A stretch of 37,116 bases of DNA from Octopus bimaculoides (GCF_001194135.2 NC_068985.1:82795202-82832317); one strand, 5' to 3'. Positions 24,810 to 36,860 are shown, numbered from the stretch's first letter. A program made the numbers and translations. The notes: generated from the letters alone by a model not told the origin.

Positions 24810-25513
24810 TCATCTAATCCATGGTAGCATGAAAAAATAATTTTATAATTTGGCTGATGATAATATTTAGAAACACTCTCTCTTTCCATTGGTTTGTATA
24901 TACACACACATACACACATACATATATATATATATATATGTATATATTTATGTATACATATATGTCTGTGTGCGTGCATGTGTGCATGCGTGTGTATGTG
25001 TGTGCGTGTCTGTGCCTGTGTGTGTCTGTGAGTATATGTGTTAAAAAGGAAGACCATTCCAAAATTGAATTCATTGAGCAGAAAATTACAAAATATCAAA
25101 TTATTTTAACAAACTATGTAATTCATATTCCTTAGTGAAAATAAACAACATCAGATTTTGATTTTACACACAAACATACAAACTTGTGTGTTTGTGTATA
25201 TAAATGTGTATGATATTGTAGGCTCTTCTTTTTTACTTTTAAATCTTATGTAATTATATGTATTTCTCCTATGAATGCTTGCATCATCTCCATGGATTTT
25301 CTCTTGTCCTCTTCATTGTTGTTTTGGTTTGTGCATGCATTTTTTTTAATAATCTCTTTTTTTTCATGTTGCCATTTTTTTTATTTGTTTCTTCCATTTG
25401 CTGTTATTGCAATAATTGTTATTATTCTTATTACCAACGTAACCATTATCATCATCACCTTCATCATCATTATTACTATTATCAACACCATCGTTCTTCT
25501 TCTTCTTCTTCTT

Positions 25514-25544
<31 letters not shown>

Positions 25545-26118
25545 ACACCAATATTATTACTATTATTATCAACGTTGTTGTTGTTGTGTTATTGCTTGTT
25601 TGCAACTTTCACCAGAGGAAGCAATCTCTTTCTCATCTTCACTATTTCTCTCACTCTTTCTACCCCACTCTCCCTCTCTCTAACTATCTATCTATCTCTC
25701 TATCTCTCTATCTCTCTATCTAACTATCTCCTGTAGTAAATTTAGGGAGTATCATTGAATTCCAATCTATAAATGAACGCAAATCTTTGTCTACATTCAT
25801 TTTTCCAGTCTTTTGGGGTCCACCAGTTACTGACGGCTAAAAACAACCTAATTAACAACTTAACTAGTTTGAAATGATGCAAAATATATTAGGTTAACAT
25901 GACAACAATTAGATTCTGTTTGCTGGGGAGCACAGATAATTTTGGCGATGATTAAATTAGCAATGTACTGACATTGTTAGTCGATATGAACATCACAGTG
26001 CCTCATTTCAAACTTACATACATGTACATAAATATGTGTCTATGTACATACATACATGTATGTTTGTGAGCATGTATGTATAAATGTGAGTTTGTAAGCA
26101 TGTTTGTATATATATAGA

Positions 26119-26170
<52 letters not shown>

Positions 26171-26475
26171 NNNNNNNNNNNNNNNNNNNNNNNNNNNNNN
26201 NNNNNNNNNNNNNNNNNNNNNNNNNNNNNNNNNNNNNNNNNNNNNNNNNNNNNNNNNNNNNNNNNNNNNNNNNNNNNNNNNNNNNNNNNNNNNNNNNNNN
26301 NNNNNNNNNNNNNNNNNNNNNNNNNNNNNNNNNNNNNNNNNNNNNNNNNNNNNNNNNNNNNNNNNNNNNNNNNNNNNNNNNNNNNNNNNNNNNNNNNNNN
26401 NNNNNNNNNNNNNNNNNNNNNNNNNNNNNNNNNNNNNNNNNNNNNNNNNNNNNNNNNNNNNNNNNNNNNNNNNNN

Positions 26476-26524
<49 letters not shown>

Positions 26525-26679
26525 CATACATACATACATACATACATACATACATACATGTATACACATATACTTATTTGTGTGTGTTTGTGCGTGTGTG
26601 TGTATGTATGTATATATGCAGACAAGAGACATGTAGTTCAATAATACACTGTAAATAAGTATATATATCTGTATATATA

Positions 26680-26710
<31 letters not shown>

Positions 26711-26991
26711 CTTATAAAAATGTATGTATGTATATGTGTATTCTTATGTGTTTTGGTAAGGGATGGGTGCAAGAACAGTGTATGTATGCCCTCTCTCTAT
26801 CTGTGTGTGTAGAGGGAGAGGTATGGTTTTCTCTTGTTTCAGCCAGATTTGATTTCTGGCATATTCTGAATCATCCATACCACTTTTAAGAATAAGGGCC
26901 GATTTTATTTTTTTATCGCTTTTTTTTTATTTTTATTTATTTATTATTATTTTTTTTTCACTTTTTTTCTTCATAATTAGTTCATTCTTAC

Positions 26992-27095
26992 TATCTTGGA
27001 GGCAAGATGGAAAGTTCTTCAATGTTTGAGGTTTTGATTACAAAATTTTTACAGCATAGTTAACGGCTAATATATTCAAGTAGCTGAAAAATCTT
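26992..27095 (-). other. Exon-like segment with one in-frame TAA
   Basis: caatcag|, then KIFQLLEYISR*LCCKNFVIKTSNIEELSILPPR, then TA|gtaaga. The stop is at 27060-27062. Confidence 0.25.
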
Positions 27096-27288
27096 CTGAT
27101 TGTGTATTTGTGTGTGTGTGTGTGTGTGTGTTTTATATTTTGGAGTTAGGTTTCATTGTTGTTTTTGTTGTAAGTGAAGGTGGTAGTGATGGTGGTGAGG
27201 ATGGTATCTTTTTGTTTTATGCATGTTTATATACTTATTTATGTATTTTATTTCATAACTATGACAGATAGTGAATATGTTTGTATGA

Positions 27289-27328
<40 letters not shown>

Positions 27329-27711
27329 CATGTGTGATATATATATAGCATGTGTGATATATATATAGCATGTGTGATATATATATATATTTATATATAT
27401 ATATATAGCATGTGTGTGTACACAAGTATATGTCTATGTGGATTTCTACGTATGTGAAATTGTTTTTGCATTTTTAATGTTTTGTTTTTTCCTTTTAGAA
27501 ATAATTAATTAGTTAAAATTTTCTCGCTTGGCAATTCTATTTCAAATATGTGTGTGTGTGTGTGTGTGTATGTGTGTGTGTGTGTATATACATCTATATA
27601 TAAGTGTATGTGTGCATATACATACATACATACACATGTGTGTGTATCCACATATACATATATACATCCATACGTATGTGTATGTGAATGTGGGTGTATG
27701 CATATATATGT

Positions 27712-27746
<35 letters not shown>

Positions 27747-27756
27747 NNNNNNNNNN

Positions 27757-27793
<37 letters not shown>

Positions 27794-28867
27794 CCACACA
27801 TATACTTATAGATAGATGGGTATGTATATATGTATGTGTGTGAGTGTGTATGTACACACACATTCACATGCACATGTATTTGTATACCCACACATACACT
27901 TACACAGTGATGTATATATGTATATACAGATACACACACACACACACACACACACATGATCCATGAATGTGTGTGTTGGTAAATGGTAATGAAAGCAAAA
28001 AAAAAAAAAGAAAAGAAATGCAATTTTTTTTTAAATGACGAAATTTTTTTAATTATCAAATTTAGTCAATCATCATCATCATTAGTATTGTTATTATCAT
28101 GATCTTGAAAATCATTACCACCATCATCATCATCATCACTACCACTATCACTGTCATCATAATCATCAACATTATCACCACCGCCAATTGTCATCACTTT
28201 TCACCTTAAATCTCGATGAATTCAAGCAGAGATACTCTCCCAACATCGTTTTTTTGTTTTTGTTATTCTTTTTTAAAATTCTTTTACTTTTCCATTATAT
28301 ACATTCCCCCCCCCCCATTCTCTCATAGTATTACATATATATTTTTCTTAGTTATTTTCTATTCTTCTTATAAGCTATATTGTCTTTAATAATTATTTAA
28401 ACTGCTTGTGTAAACTAAAACTAAAACCTTCATTTGCCTCATATATACTTTTCTTTTCTTTATTTTGTTTCTTTATTTGTTATTTTTTAATTTTATTTTA
28501 TTATGTTTCTTTTTGTTTTTTTGTCTCTTCTTTTGTTTTCTGAAATTTGAACCAATCACTTATTTGTTCAGAATTTAGATTTTGTAAGCCTCAGGGTATG
28601 TTATACATGGTTATTGAAGCTTTTCCTAGACATATAAACCCTCTCTACCCATGTTTGATATTAGGAAACAAACATAAAAAAAGTAGAAAACACTACAAAA
28701 TCACACACCCCTATATATGTATACACACACACACACACACACATATATATGCACACACACACACATATATATGCATGTGTGTATATATGTGCATGTGTAT
28801 ATACATATTTATATAGGTGTGTATATATCCATGTGTGTGTATAAAAGGAAAAAAAATAAGTGAACAC

Positions 28868-28959
28868 CTTGTTGGTCATATTGTGTACAGAATACCGGAA
28901 CAAACTGACAAGATCCAATAGTGTTGCACTTGAGTTCTGCTGGTCACCACAAAAGTAGC
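28868..28959 (-). CDS. Candidate internal exon (92 nt, phase 1 to 0)
   Basis: tttattag|GC, then YFCGDQQNSSATLLDLVSLFRYSVHNMTNK, then AAG|gtgttc (weak donor). Confidence 0.35.
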
Positions 28960-28982
28960 CTAATAAACTAGTTATCGATTCC

Positions 28983-29015
<33 letters not shown>

Positions 29016-29102
29016 CATCATAGTCACCATCATCGTCATCACCAGTTTTTATCACTGTTGTAATTGTTGTTATTATCATTAGCATGCGTCATTATCTTCA
29101 CT

Positions 29103-29134
<32 letters not shown>

Positions 29135-29202
29135 GGCAACAGTGATAGTTATTTGTTTATTATTTATTCATGTGTTCTGTGTTGTTTCTGAACCAGGTTT
29201 AC

Positions 29203-29258
29203 CTGGGTGAGTAAAGCTTATGGCAAATCTAATAAGCCTGATTGGACAATCAACCGGA
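29203..29258 (-). CDS. Candidate internal exon (56 nt, phase 2 to 1)
   Basis: aaacacag|T, then PVDCPIRLIRFAISFTHP, then a strong CAG|gtaaac donor. It joins 28959 as G+GC=G. Confidence 0.3.
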
Positions 29259-29589
29259 CTGTGTTTGTTTTATATTGTAGCTTCATCAGTTTTGTTGGAA
29301 ATTGTTGTTTTAGTTTTGTTTTACATCTTCTTCTTTTTTGGTGGAGCGTTGTGGTGTGGTGTGGTCAGGTATGGGTTGGTTTCTGTTGGAGTTCATTGTT
29401 TTGTACCTTCTTGTCTGTTTTTTTTCTCTTCTTTTGCTATTAGATGTAATATATTAGTAATTTTGTGTACATACATTCATGGACACACTAACTTACAAGC
29501 ATATGATGCATATCTATAGACCCCCCCCCCACATATATATATGTATATCTATCTATCATCTTTCTATATATGTATGTATGCACTCACAC

Positions 29590-29780
29590 ACACACTCACA
29601 CACCAGTAAGCACAGAAATGAAAAACAAGGTGGAAAAAATAGTGCTTGAATACTGAAGGAAGAGTAATATGCTTTTATTAAAGCTAAAATATTCTTCACT
29701 AACCGTTTCTCAGAGTTTCCACAATTGTCTGAAGAACAGTAACATGAAACTCTCAGTAACAGTTGGTGAAAATTTTTTCA
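29590..29780. mobile_element. Penelope-like element terminus, two partial copies in inverted orientation
   Basis: Inverted repeat aaccgtttctcagagtttc (29701-29719) and gaaactctcagtaacagtt (29746-29764), 16/19 matches, overlapping a hammerhead motif. Family assignment is inferred from the known PLE-hammerhead association. Confidence 0.55.
29722..29765 (+). ncRNA. Minimal type I hammerhead ribozyme motif (stem II degenerate)
   Basis: Stem I CAAUUGU(29722-28)/ACAGUUG(29759-65), 7 bp with one GU. Core CUGAAGA 29729-35. GAAA 29746-49. Stem III ACU/AGU with a CUC loop. GUA cleavage triplet 29756-58. Confidence 0.6.
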
Positions 29781-29898
29781 CACACAAACACACACATATA
29801 TATACTTAATATATACTTATACATACACACACCCATACACCCAAACATATATGTACATAGACACCTTTGCAATTGTCATTTCCACCATCATTATCATT

Positions 29899-30126
29899 TT
29901 AACCCTTTTGTTACCAACCCGGATGAAACCGGCTCTGGCTCTGAGTACAAATGTCTTGTTTTCATAAGTTTTGAATTAAAATCTTCTACCAAACCTTAGT
30001 CACAATTTATATTCTTAACACTAGCTGAATAATAACTAAGTTATTTTGCTAAATTCTTTGTTATATTTAAAGTAATTGAAAGAAACACAGAGCATCTCAA
30101 AATAAATACAGTAACAAAAGGGTTAA
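29899..30126. mobile_element. Complete piggyBac-type MITE (220 bp) with TTAA flanks
   Basis: TTAA(29899-29902)+CCCTTTTGTTAC at the left and GTAACAAAAGGG+TTAA(30123-30126) at the right. Perfect 12-bp TIRs. Confidence 0.85.
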
Positions 30127-30325
30127 CACCCACTTACCCATGCTTGCATAGGTCAGACAAAATTCATTGTGGCAGATTTTCTGTGGCCTGATGCTCTTCT
30201 TGTCACGAACCATTGCATGCAAGTGTTTACCCTATTGCTAAATATATCTATGCACCAAAAGGGAAAAAAAATGTAAATCTATGTTTTTACCTACATTCAC
30301 ACTTACATATGTACATAGATGTATT

Positions 30326-30413
30326 CACCCGCACAAGGGCCAGTCCAGGGGCACTGTCAACGATTTCGAGCGACATCGTTGACAGTGCCCCTGGACTGGC
30401 CCTTGTGCGGGTG
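30326..30413. repeat. Perfect 39-bp inverted repeat with 10-nt spacer
   Basis: cacccgcacaagggccagtccaggggcactgtcaacgat / ttcgagcgac / atcgttgacagtgcccctggactggcccttgtgcgggtg. Confidence 0.98.
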
Positions 30414-30648
30414 GCACATAAAAGACACCATTTCGAGCGTGGCCGTTTTCGTGCGGGTGACACGTGAAAGCACCCACTACACTCTCTGAGTGGTTGGCAT
30501 TAGGAAGGGCATCCAGCTGTAGAAACTCTGCCAAATTAGATTGGAGCCTGGTGTTGCCATCCGGTTTCACCAGTCCTCAGTCAAATCGTCCAACCCATGC
30601 TAGCATGGAAGCCGGACGTTAAATGATGATGATGATGATGATGATGAT
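30363..30648 (+). mobile_element. Young, 5'-truncated SINE with (ATG)n tail
   Basis: GC- and CpG-rich. Contains gagtggttggcattaggaagggcatccagctgtagaaac and ends catgctagcatggaagccggacgttaaa(tga)n. Confidence 0.9.
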
Positions 30649-31744
30649 AATATGTAAATACAAATGAGTGCAATGGCATATTTAGCTCAAACTATTCACA
30701 CTCTTCTATGAGATATTGATATGAATTGATGTCTGAGTGGTTAATTTTTCGATTTCCAGGTATTAGGTAAATAGAAAAGTTTATGCCATATCCTAATATT
30801 GATTTGGTTGTAATTTTAATTTTACTTATAAGAGTTTCGTATCTTCTAAGTACATGGGAAGAAGAATGAATATGTTGATGAGACAGAATATAGTCATTAG
30901 AGTAATGAAAAGTTTCTACCATTACACATGGTGAACCAAGTATCTTATGTGGATGGCATCATATATTTTTTTTCCTAATCAATATTTTTGCTTCAACTTT
31001 TGTCATTCTAAAATAGGATGTGTAAAAGGAGAAAACAATCCAGTAAATCCAATATGCTTTGCACAAAAGCCGGGAAATGTCCAAGAATTGCAGAATATGA
31101 AATAAAACAAAGGAATGAATATATGCCAAAGAATTTGTTGGTGGTGCTAATTACATAGTTGCCATAGAAGCATATGATGTATACACACACACACACACGT
31201 ATGTATGTATATATAGATAGATGGATAGATAGATTGATAGACAGACAAACTAAGTGACTGACAGACTTATTCATTCATTGATATCTATGATATCCATATG
31301 TCGATGAGACTAAATATATTCATTAAAGTAATGAAAAATCTTTACTTTTAAACACTGTAAAACAAGTGACTTAAGTAGGTGACATTATTTTTTTGCTAAC
31401 CAATATTTATACTTTAACTAATGTAATTCTAAAATGCTGTTTTATTTTGTTTTTATGATGCACAATAAATTTTTGCTATTTTAATGTTGCTATTATCAGT
31501 ATACTTATTTTATTAATAAAAAAAGCAAGTTATTATGCCTATTAATTAGTTAACTGTGTTTAACTGATATCTATTAATGATTAGCAGAGTGTAGCAGTAA
31601 TGGTTACACAGAAGTGTAATTCAGATTTTGCAATACTAATTGATCGTACATGTTAGACTCTGTGAAGGAGAACTAGGAATACACTTAATCAGTAAATATG
31701 ACAGGCTGTGTAATTGCATATGATAGTATGACTGGTTGTGTACA

Positions 31745-32290
31745 TAACTGTGTCTGCAATGTTATGTTGTTGTTGGTAGTCCATCGGTGTCTGGCAATAA
31801 CAAAGTCTGTGTTCTCAGAGATGAGAGCACAGGTGACTCCAGAGCTGGAAACACAGGTGCCAAAATGATAGTATGTTGTCTGGATTGAGGCAGTTGCTGT
31901 TCTGAGACATTTGTCTCTTGCAGCAGCAAGACACTGACACAGGTCCTCTTCAAAGGCAGCTGCTGCTCATGAGGTAAGAGACCTCTGCAATGATCTGTCT
32001 GTAGATGAGGCTTCAAGTTTGCGTAGACTAATGCTGCTCCATTTCAGGTTGCTTTTTAGAGTGTCCTTGTATTTCAGTTTAAGCCTTCCTTGTTTGTGTG
32101 AGCCTTGTCTGAGCTTGCTGTACAACATCTGTCTGGGTACATGACTGTCAGTCATTTTGATTATGTGGCCAGTCCAGCTTAACTGGGCTTTCAGTGGCAT
32201 TGATTCAATGGTTGTTGAACTAACTCTATCCGAGACTTCCTGGTTTGTCACTCTGTTCTACCAGTGAATGCTCACGGTCATTCACTCTAT
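31745..32290 (-). mobile_element. 3' end of an RTE-clade (BovB-like) LINE
   Basis: ORF 31967-32251 reads TNQEVSDR...LKAQLSWTGHIIKMTDSHVPRQMLYSKLRQGSHKQGRLKLKYKDTLKSNLK, matching RTE LRWxGHVxRMxDxRxPxQxLYxEL...GRPxxRYKDxLK. Confidence 0.85.
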
Positions 32291-33179
32291 TATTTCCTAT
32301 TATATACTCATTGCTTGGTATAGATATGAACTCCTTTTGCAGAGTTTTCTTTGTCAGTGAATCAGAAGGTAAAAATTCTGTGATTAAAATTCCACTATAA
32401 AATTCAGCTAATGATTAATGTTAGTATACCAATCTTTGAATACTTAAAAACTAAGGCAAGAACAATTTGATAGATGGAAACTACCCAAATACATAAGGTG
32501 ATCATAAACCAGTGTCTCAGAACCTTAAAGTGGTAAGATGGGGTAATCAGAAAATTCCTGGTGGCCTGAAACTGTGTGTAAATGTGTAGTTTTGGCCAAA
32601 TAAGAAAACATAGGAATTTACTGTCTGCCATTCATTGCCTTGTATGCCTTAAGTAAGTAAACTTGTATGTCTGAAAAGGCACACAAGCTCAATGTTTGTG
32701 TTTTGTGTATGTGGCTTGTGGGATCATGTTTACTGAATGAATACCTTAACTCTATCTATCCAGATAGATGGTAGGTGGATATAATACACACAGGGAATGT
32801 AACTCTTTCTGAATAGCAGTTAAGAAATAGGTCCTTAGTAAATAAGATCTTGAGTATTTCAGCTGTGCAGAGATTACATGCTTTGCCTTTAATTTCCTTA
32901 TATGTTGCTCTACTTTAGGAAGTATGGAATGTTTTGGTTTTAAGTATTTTGATAATGAAATAATCTTTCTTTCAGCTGTGTTTCTGAATGTGTGCATGTG
33001 TAAATAATATTGTTTTAGAAAATGATGGGCAGTTAGTCAGTTATATGATTGAGTTCAATGTTCCAACAATACATATGGGGTGCGATAGGAAAACTATGGT
33101 GGGTAAATTGTCGACATTCTATATTTCTCATTTCACACATGTGCATTGCTTGTTTGTGATGTTGCTGACTACACAGTAA

Positions 33180-33843
33180 AGTAGGGTCAGTTGGGCACCA
33201 TCTGTGACAAAAACAGTATCATAACGCAATTCACTCTACCAGAAGTTTGGAAACGACATGCTGTACTTCTTGGCTTTCACACTGGAAGCTCCAATATGAA
33301 CGTTTCAGAGTGTTTGAGTGTTAATCGGAGGACAGTGCAATCTGAGGACATGTACAGAGAGTGATAAAAATCAAACATCCAGTCAGCATCATGGTATTTG
33401 GAGTGATCACTAGTGATGGTGAAGTTATGCCTCCATTCATCATCCCACACTGCCTTAGATTTGACATGGAGGCCTACATCAAGTACCTGGAGGAGGTAGT
33501 GCTGCCTTGGATCAAGATGTGGCTGCTGGAAGACCCTGTGTCTGGCAACAGGACTCTGCACCATGCCATATAAGCAGGAGAACTCAGTGAAGGCTGTCAG
33601 ACAATTTCTGTGACCACATCACCCTTAACACCTGGCCACCTAACTCCCCAGACTACAACTCCCTTGGTTATTATGTATGGGGTGCAGTAGAACAAGAGAC
33701 CAACAAAACTCCTTGTAACAGCAAAGATGAACTTAAGGCAAGGATTATGGGAACATTCACCAACTTAGGAGATTCCAAAGTCTTCTGGAGGCTGTGGCTG
33801 AAGCCAATGGCGATATTATTGAATAAATTTACTCCTTAATATT
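33180..33843 (+). mobile_element. Degraded mariner-like transposon, DD37D (maT-type) spacing, truncated by a gap
   Basis: KHPVSIMVFGVITSDGEVMPPF, then WQQDSAPCH, then WPPNSPDYNSLGYYVWGAVEQETNK. There are 37 residues between the QQD aspartate and the third position (GGT, probably from GAT). Stops and frameshifts present. Confidence 0.85.
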
Positions 33844-34095
33844 NNNNNNNNNNNNNNNNNNNNNNNNNNNNNNNNNNNNNNNNNNNNNNNNNNNNNNNNN
33901 NNNNNNNNNNNNNNNNNNNNNNNNNNNNNNNNNNNNNNNNNNNNNNNNNNNNNNNNNNNNNNNNNNNNNNNNNNNNNNNNNNNNNNNNNNNNNNNNNNNN
34001 NNNNNNNNNNNNNNNNNNNNNNNNNNNNNNNNNNNNNNNNNNNNNNNNNNNNNNNNNNNNNNNNNNNNNNNNNNNNNNNNTATATATATATATAT

Positions 34096-34129
<34 letters not shown>

Positions 34130-34167
34130 CTTAATGTCCATTGTCCATGCTGGCATGGGTAGGATGG

Positions 34168-34208
<41 letters not shown>

Positions 34209-35104
34209 TAACAATATCGTTGGACATTTATTCAAAGGGTAGCTGCTTGAATATATTTTGACTCTGTCTGTGATGACCTGTCCAACCTATGCCATCATGT
34301 TAAGTGGTGGTAAAGCAATGAAAATGAACATGATAACTATGATGAGGTAGGACTTCAGCAATGACTTTAGTGTATGTCTATTTGTTTGATCAGCTGGATG
34401 AATAAGCATTACTCATTGAATAAGCAAGTAAAGTGGTTGAATATTCCACAGGCATGTATAAACTTAATGTAATTCTCATGCAGAATCAGTGAGATATGCT
34501 GTAACAAGATAAGACCTTTGAATTACATGTAGAATCTATCCAATGAGCTTCTATACTGTTTCTGTTTGCTCAAATTCATGCAGAAGGTTCTCCCAAGGGT
34601 GTAACAAACGGATTCGCCTAAGATGCCACACTGTGAGATTGAACTCAGAAGTTCATGGATATAAAATGAATTTGTTAATCACTGAAACACAGCATAAATC
34701 TCTAAATATATACATACCAACATATATACTCCCTTGCATACACACACACATACATACATACATACATACATTCATACACACAAAGACTCACTCACTCACA
34801 TATATACACATGTATGCATATGTGTGTTTGCAAATAATGGATAGCAAGTTATGGTGTAGACATTTTTGATTTTTATATAAACATTTGATGTGCTTAATAA
34901 AAACATATATTGTAAAAATAAGAAGTTGATGGCTACTTACATAAACACACAGTTACACACACACACACACGTTTGTATAATACTAAATAAGACAAATCAT
35001 GACCTTTGATATCTCTTTGTTCTAAGAGCTCCAGACTTCTGCAAAATGCAACAATTAATTTACTACAAGCACACATATTTCTGTATTTAAATTATAATAC
35101 AAAA

Positions 35105-35131
35105 GATATAATAATAATAAAAATAATGATG

Positions 35132-35199
<68 letters not shown>

Positions 35200-35200
35200 G
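35105..35200. repeat. (AAT)n microsatellite
   Basis: Directly visible. Other long trinucleotide tracts: (TTA)n ~12022 and ~16190, (CAT)n ~16373, (ATG)n ~20988, (CTT)n ~25495. Confidence 0.95.
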
Positions 35201-35670
35201 GATAATAATATCAACAACAACAAATCAGAAGCAATTCAATGTGAAACAAAATAAGCATGCTGAAGAACAACATTAAACAGATAAAGAAAAATAACGTTGA
35301 AATAAATTTCATAGAAATTTTGAATCTAGGGTTGTCCAAATTTATTAAACTGTAACAACTACAACTGCAACAATAATTGTGAAAAAGAACAAAATATTAT
35401 TATTTCAAGTATAAATTGTATTGTGACTTTTTAGTTTTGTAAAATGGAAATGAAAAACATGCACAGACACGTACTAAATCTCAGAGAAAAATGAAACATC
35501 ACTTAATAAACATATACATGTCTGTGAGTGTGCATATATATGTGTGTGTGTATTTGTGCGAGTTTATGCACATATATATCTATAACTCTCTCTATATATA
35601 TATACATACACAATACACATACATACACGATAGCACACATACACAATAGCATACATACATACATTCATAT

Positions 35671-35753
<83 letters not shown>

Positions 35754-35804
35754 TATGCATGTGTATGTGCACGTACATATATACATACACATATGTATAT
35801 ATAT

Positions 35805-36195
35805 CTTTCACCTGTTTCAGTTGTTACACTGTGACCATGCTGGAGCACCACGTTGAAGAGTTTCGTTTGAGAAATGGCATCCGGTAGTTTTCTTTCTTTT
35901 TAAGTGTGGTACTTATTTTATATTGGTTTCTTTTTACTGAATTGCTAAGTTACAGCAGTTGTCAAGCAGTGGTGAGGGATAATCACAAACACAAACATAC
36001 CCCCCCCCCACACACACACACTAACACACACATGTATGATAAGCTTCTTTCAGTTTCCATCTTCCAGATCCACTCACAAGACTTTGGTCAGCCCAGTTCT
36101 CTAGTTGAAAACATTTATCGAATCTGCCACACACCAGGACTAGACCCAGAACCATCTGGTTGGGAAGCAAACTTCTTACTACATAGCCATGATTC
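35805..36195 (-). mobile_element. Degraded tRNA-head SINE
   Basis: ccatgctggagcaccac and cttctttcagtttcc...ggttgggaagcaaacttcttac match the copy at 36450-36860. Confidence 0.75.
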
Positions 36196-36224
36196 CTTTA
36201 TTTTCTTGCCCTGTAAGTTACTTG

Positions 36225-36420
36225 GCAACCTTGCTAGTGCTAGTGACATAAAAAGAAGCGTCTAGTACACTCTGTAAAATGGTTGGCACTAGGAAGGGCA
36301 TCCAGCTATAGAAATTATACCAAAGATGACATCAGAGCTCAAAATGACCCTGTTGTTCGCCTGATACTGTCAAGCCATCCACCTCATGCCAGCATTGAAA
36401 AGGGACATTAAATGATGACG
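36225..36420 (+). mobile_element. SINE 3' half
   Basis: ggttggcactaggaagggcatccagctatagaaa, ending catgccagcattgaaaagggacattaaatgatga. Confidence 0.8.
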
Positions 36421-36449
36421 GCGATATATTCATATTTTTCTTGTATTAT

Positions 36450-36858
36450 TTTTATTTGTTTCAGTCATTTGACTGCGGCTATGCTGGAGCACCACCTCAA
36501 AGGGTTTTTAGCTGAAAAATCGATCCCGGACTTATTTTTTAAGCTTACTACTTATTCTATTGGTCTTTTTTTGCTGAACTGCTAGGTTACAGGAATATGA
36601 ACACACCAACACTGGTTGTCAAGCAGTGATGGAGGGACACCTACAGATACACACACACACACACATAGATATATATATATACATACATATATAATATGAT
36701 GGGCTTCTTTCAGTTTCCATGTACCAAATCCACTTACAAGACTTTGGTTGGCCCAAAGCTATAGTAAAGACACTTGCTCAAGGTGCCACACAGTGGGACT
36801 GAGCCCAGAACCATGTAGTTGGGAAGCAAAATTCTTATCACACAGCCATGTCTGTGCC

Positions 36859-36860
<2 letters not shown>
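36450..36860 (-). mobile_element. Near full-length tRNA-head SINE
   Basis: Reverse complement of 7733-8130 along its length (for example gtgggactgagcccagaaccatg...gttgggaagcaa). Confidence 0.85.

Larger units (their letters stand above)
9828..34080. other. Eight assembly gaps
   Basis: N runs at 9828-10168, 11379-11654, 12117-12324, 15896-16183, 24266-24535, 26171-26475, 27747-27756 and 33844-34080. Confidence 0.99.

Noticed and set aside
25727-25837. Exon-like segment PSVTGGPQKTGKMNVDKDLRSFIDWNSMILPKFTTGD
   Set aside because: It has an acceptor but a weak donor inside a microsatellite, and it is phase-incompatible with the neighbouring candidates.
9236-29206. Plus-strand gene model (sites near 9330, 10459-10525, 16478, 16922, 28571-28594, 29197-29206)
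   Set aside because: Individual splice-like sites exist, but I could not build a phase-consistent chain and most lack a partner site. It is not fully excluded.
32404-32997. Two minus-strand ORFs (75 and 81 aa) as further upstream exons
   Set aside because: The sequence is unique and the strand fits, but the splice sites are ambiguous and could not be linked to the chain.
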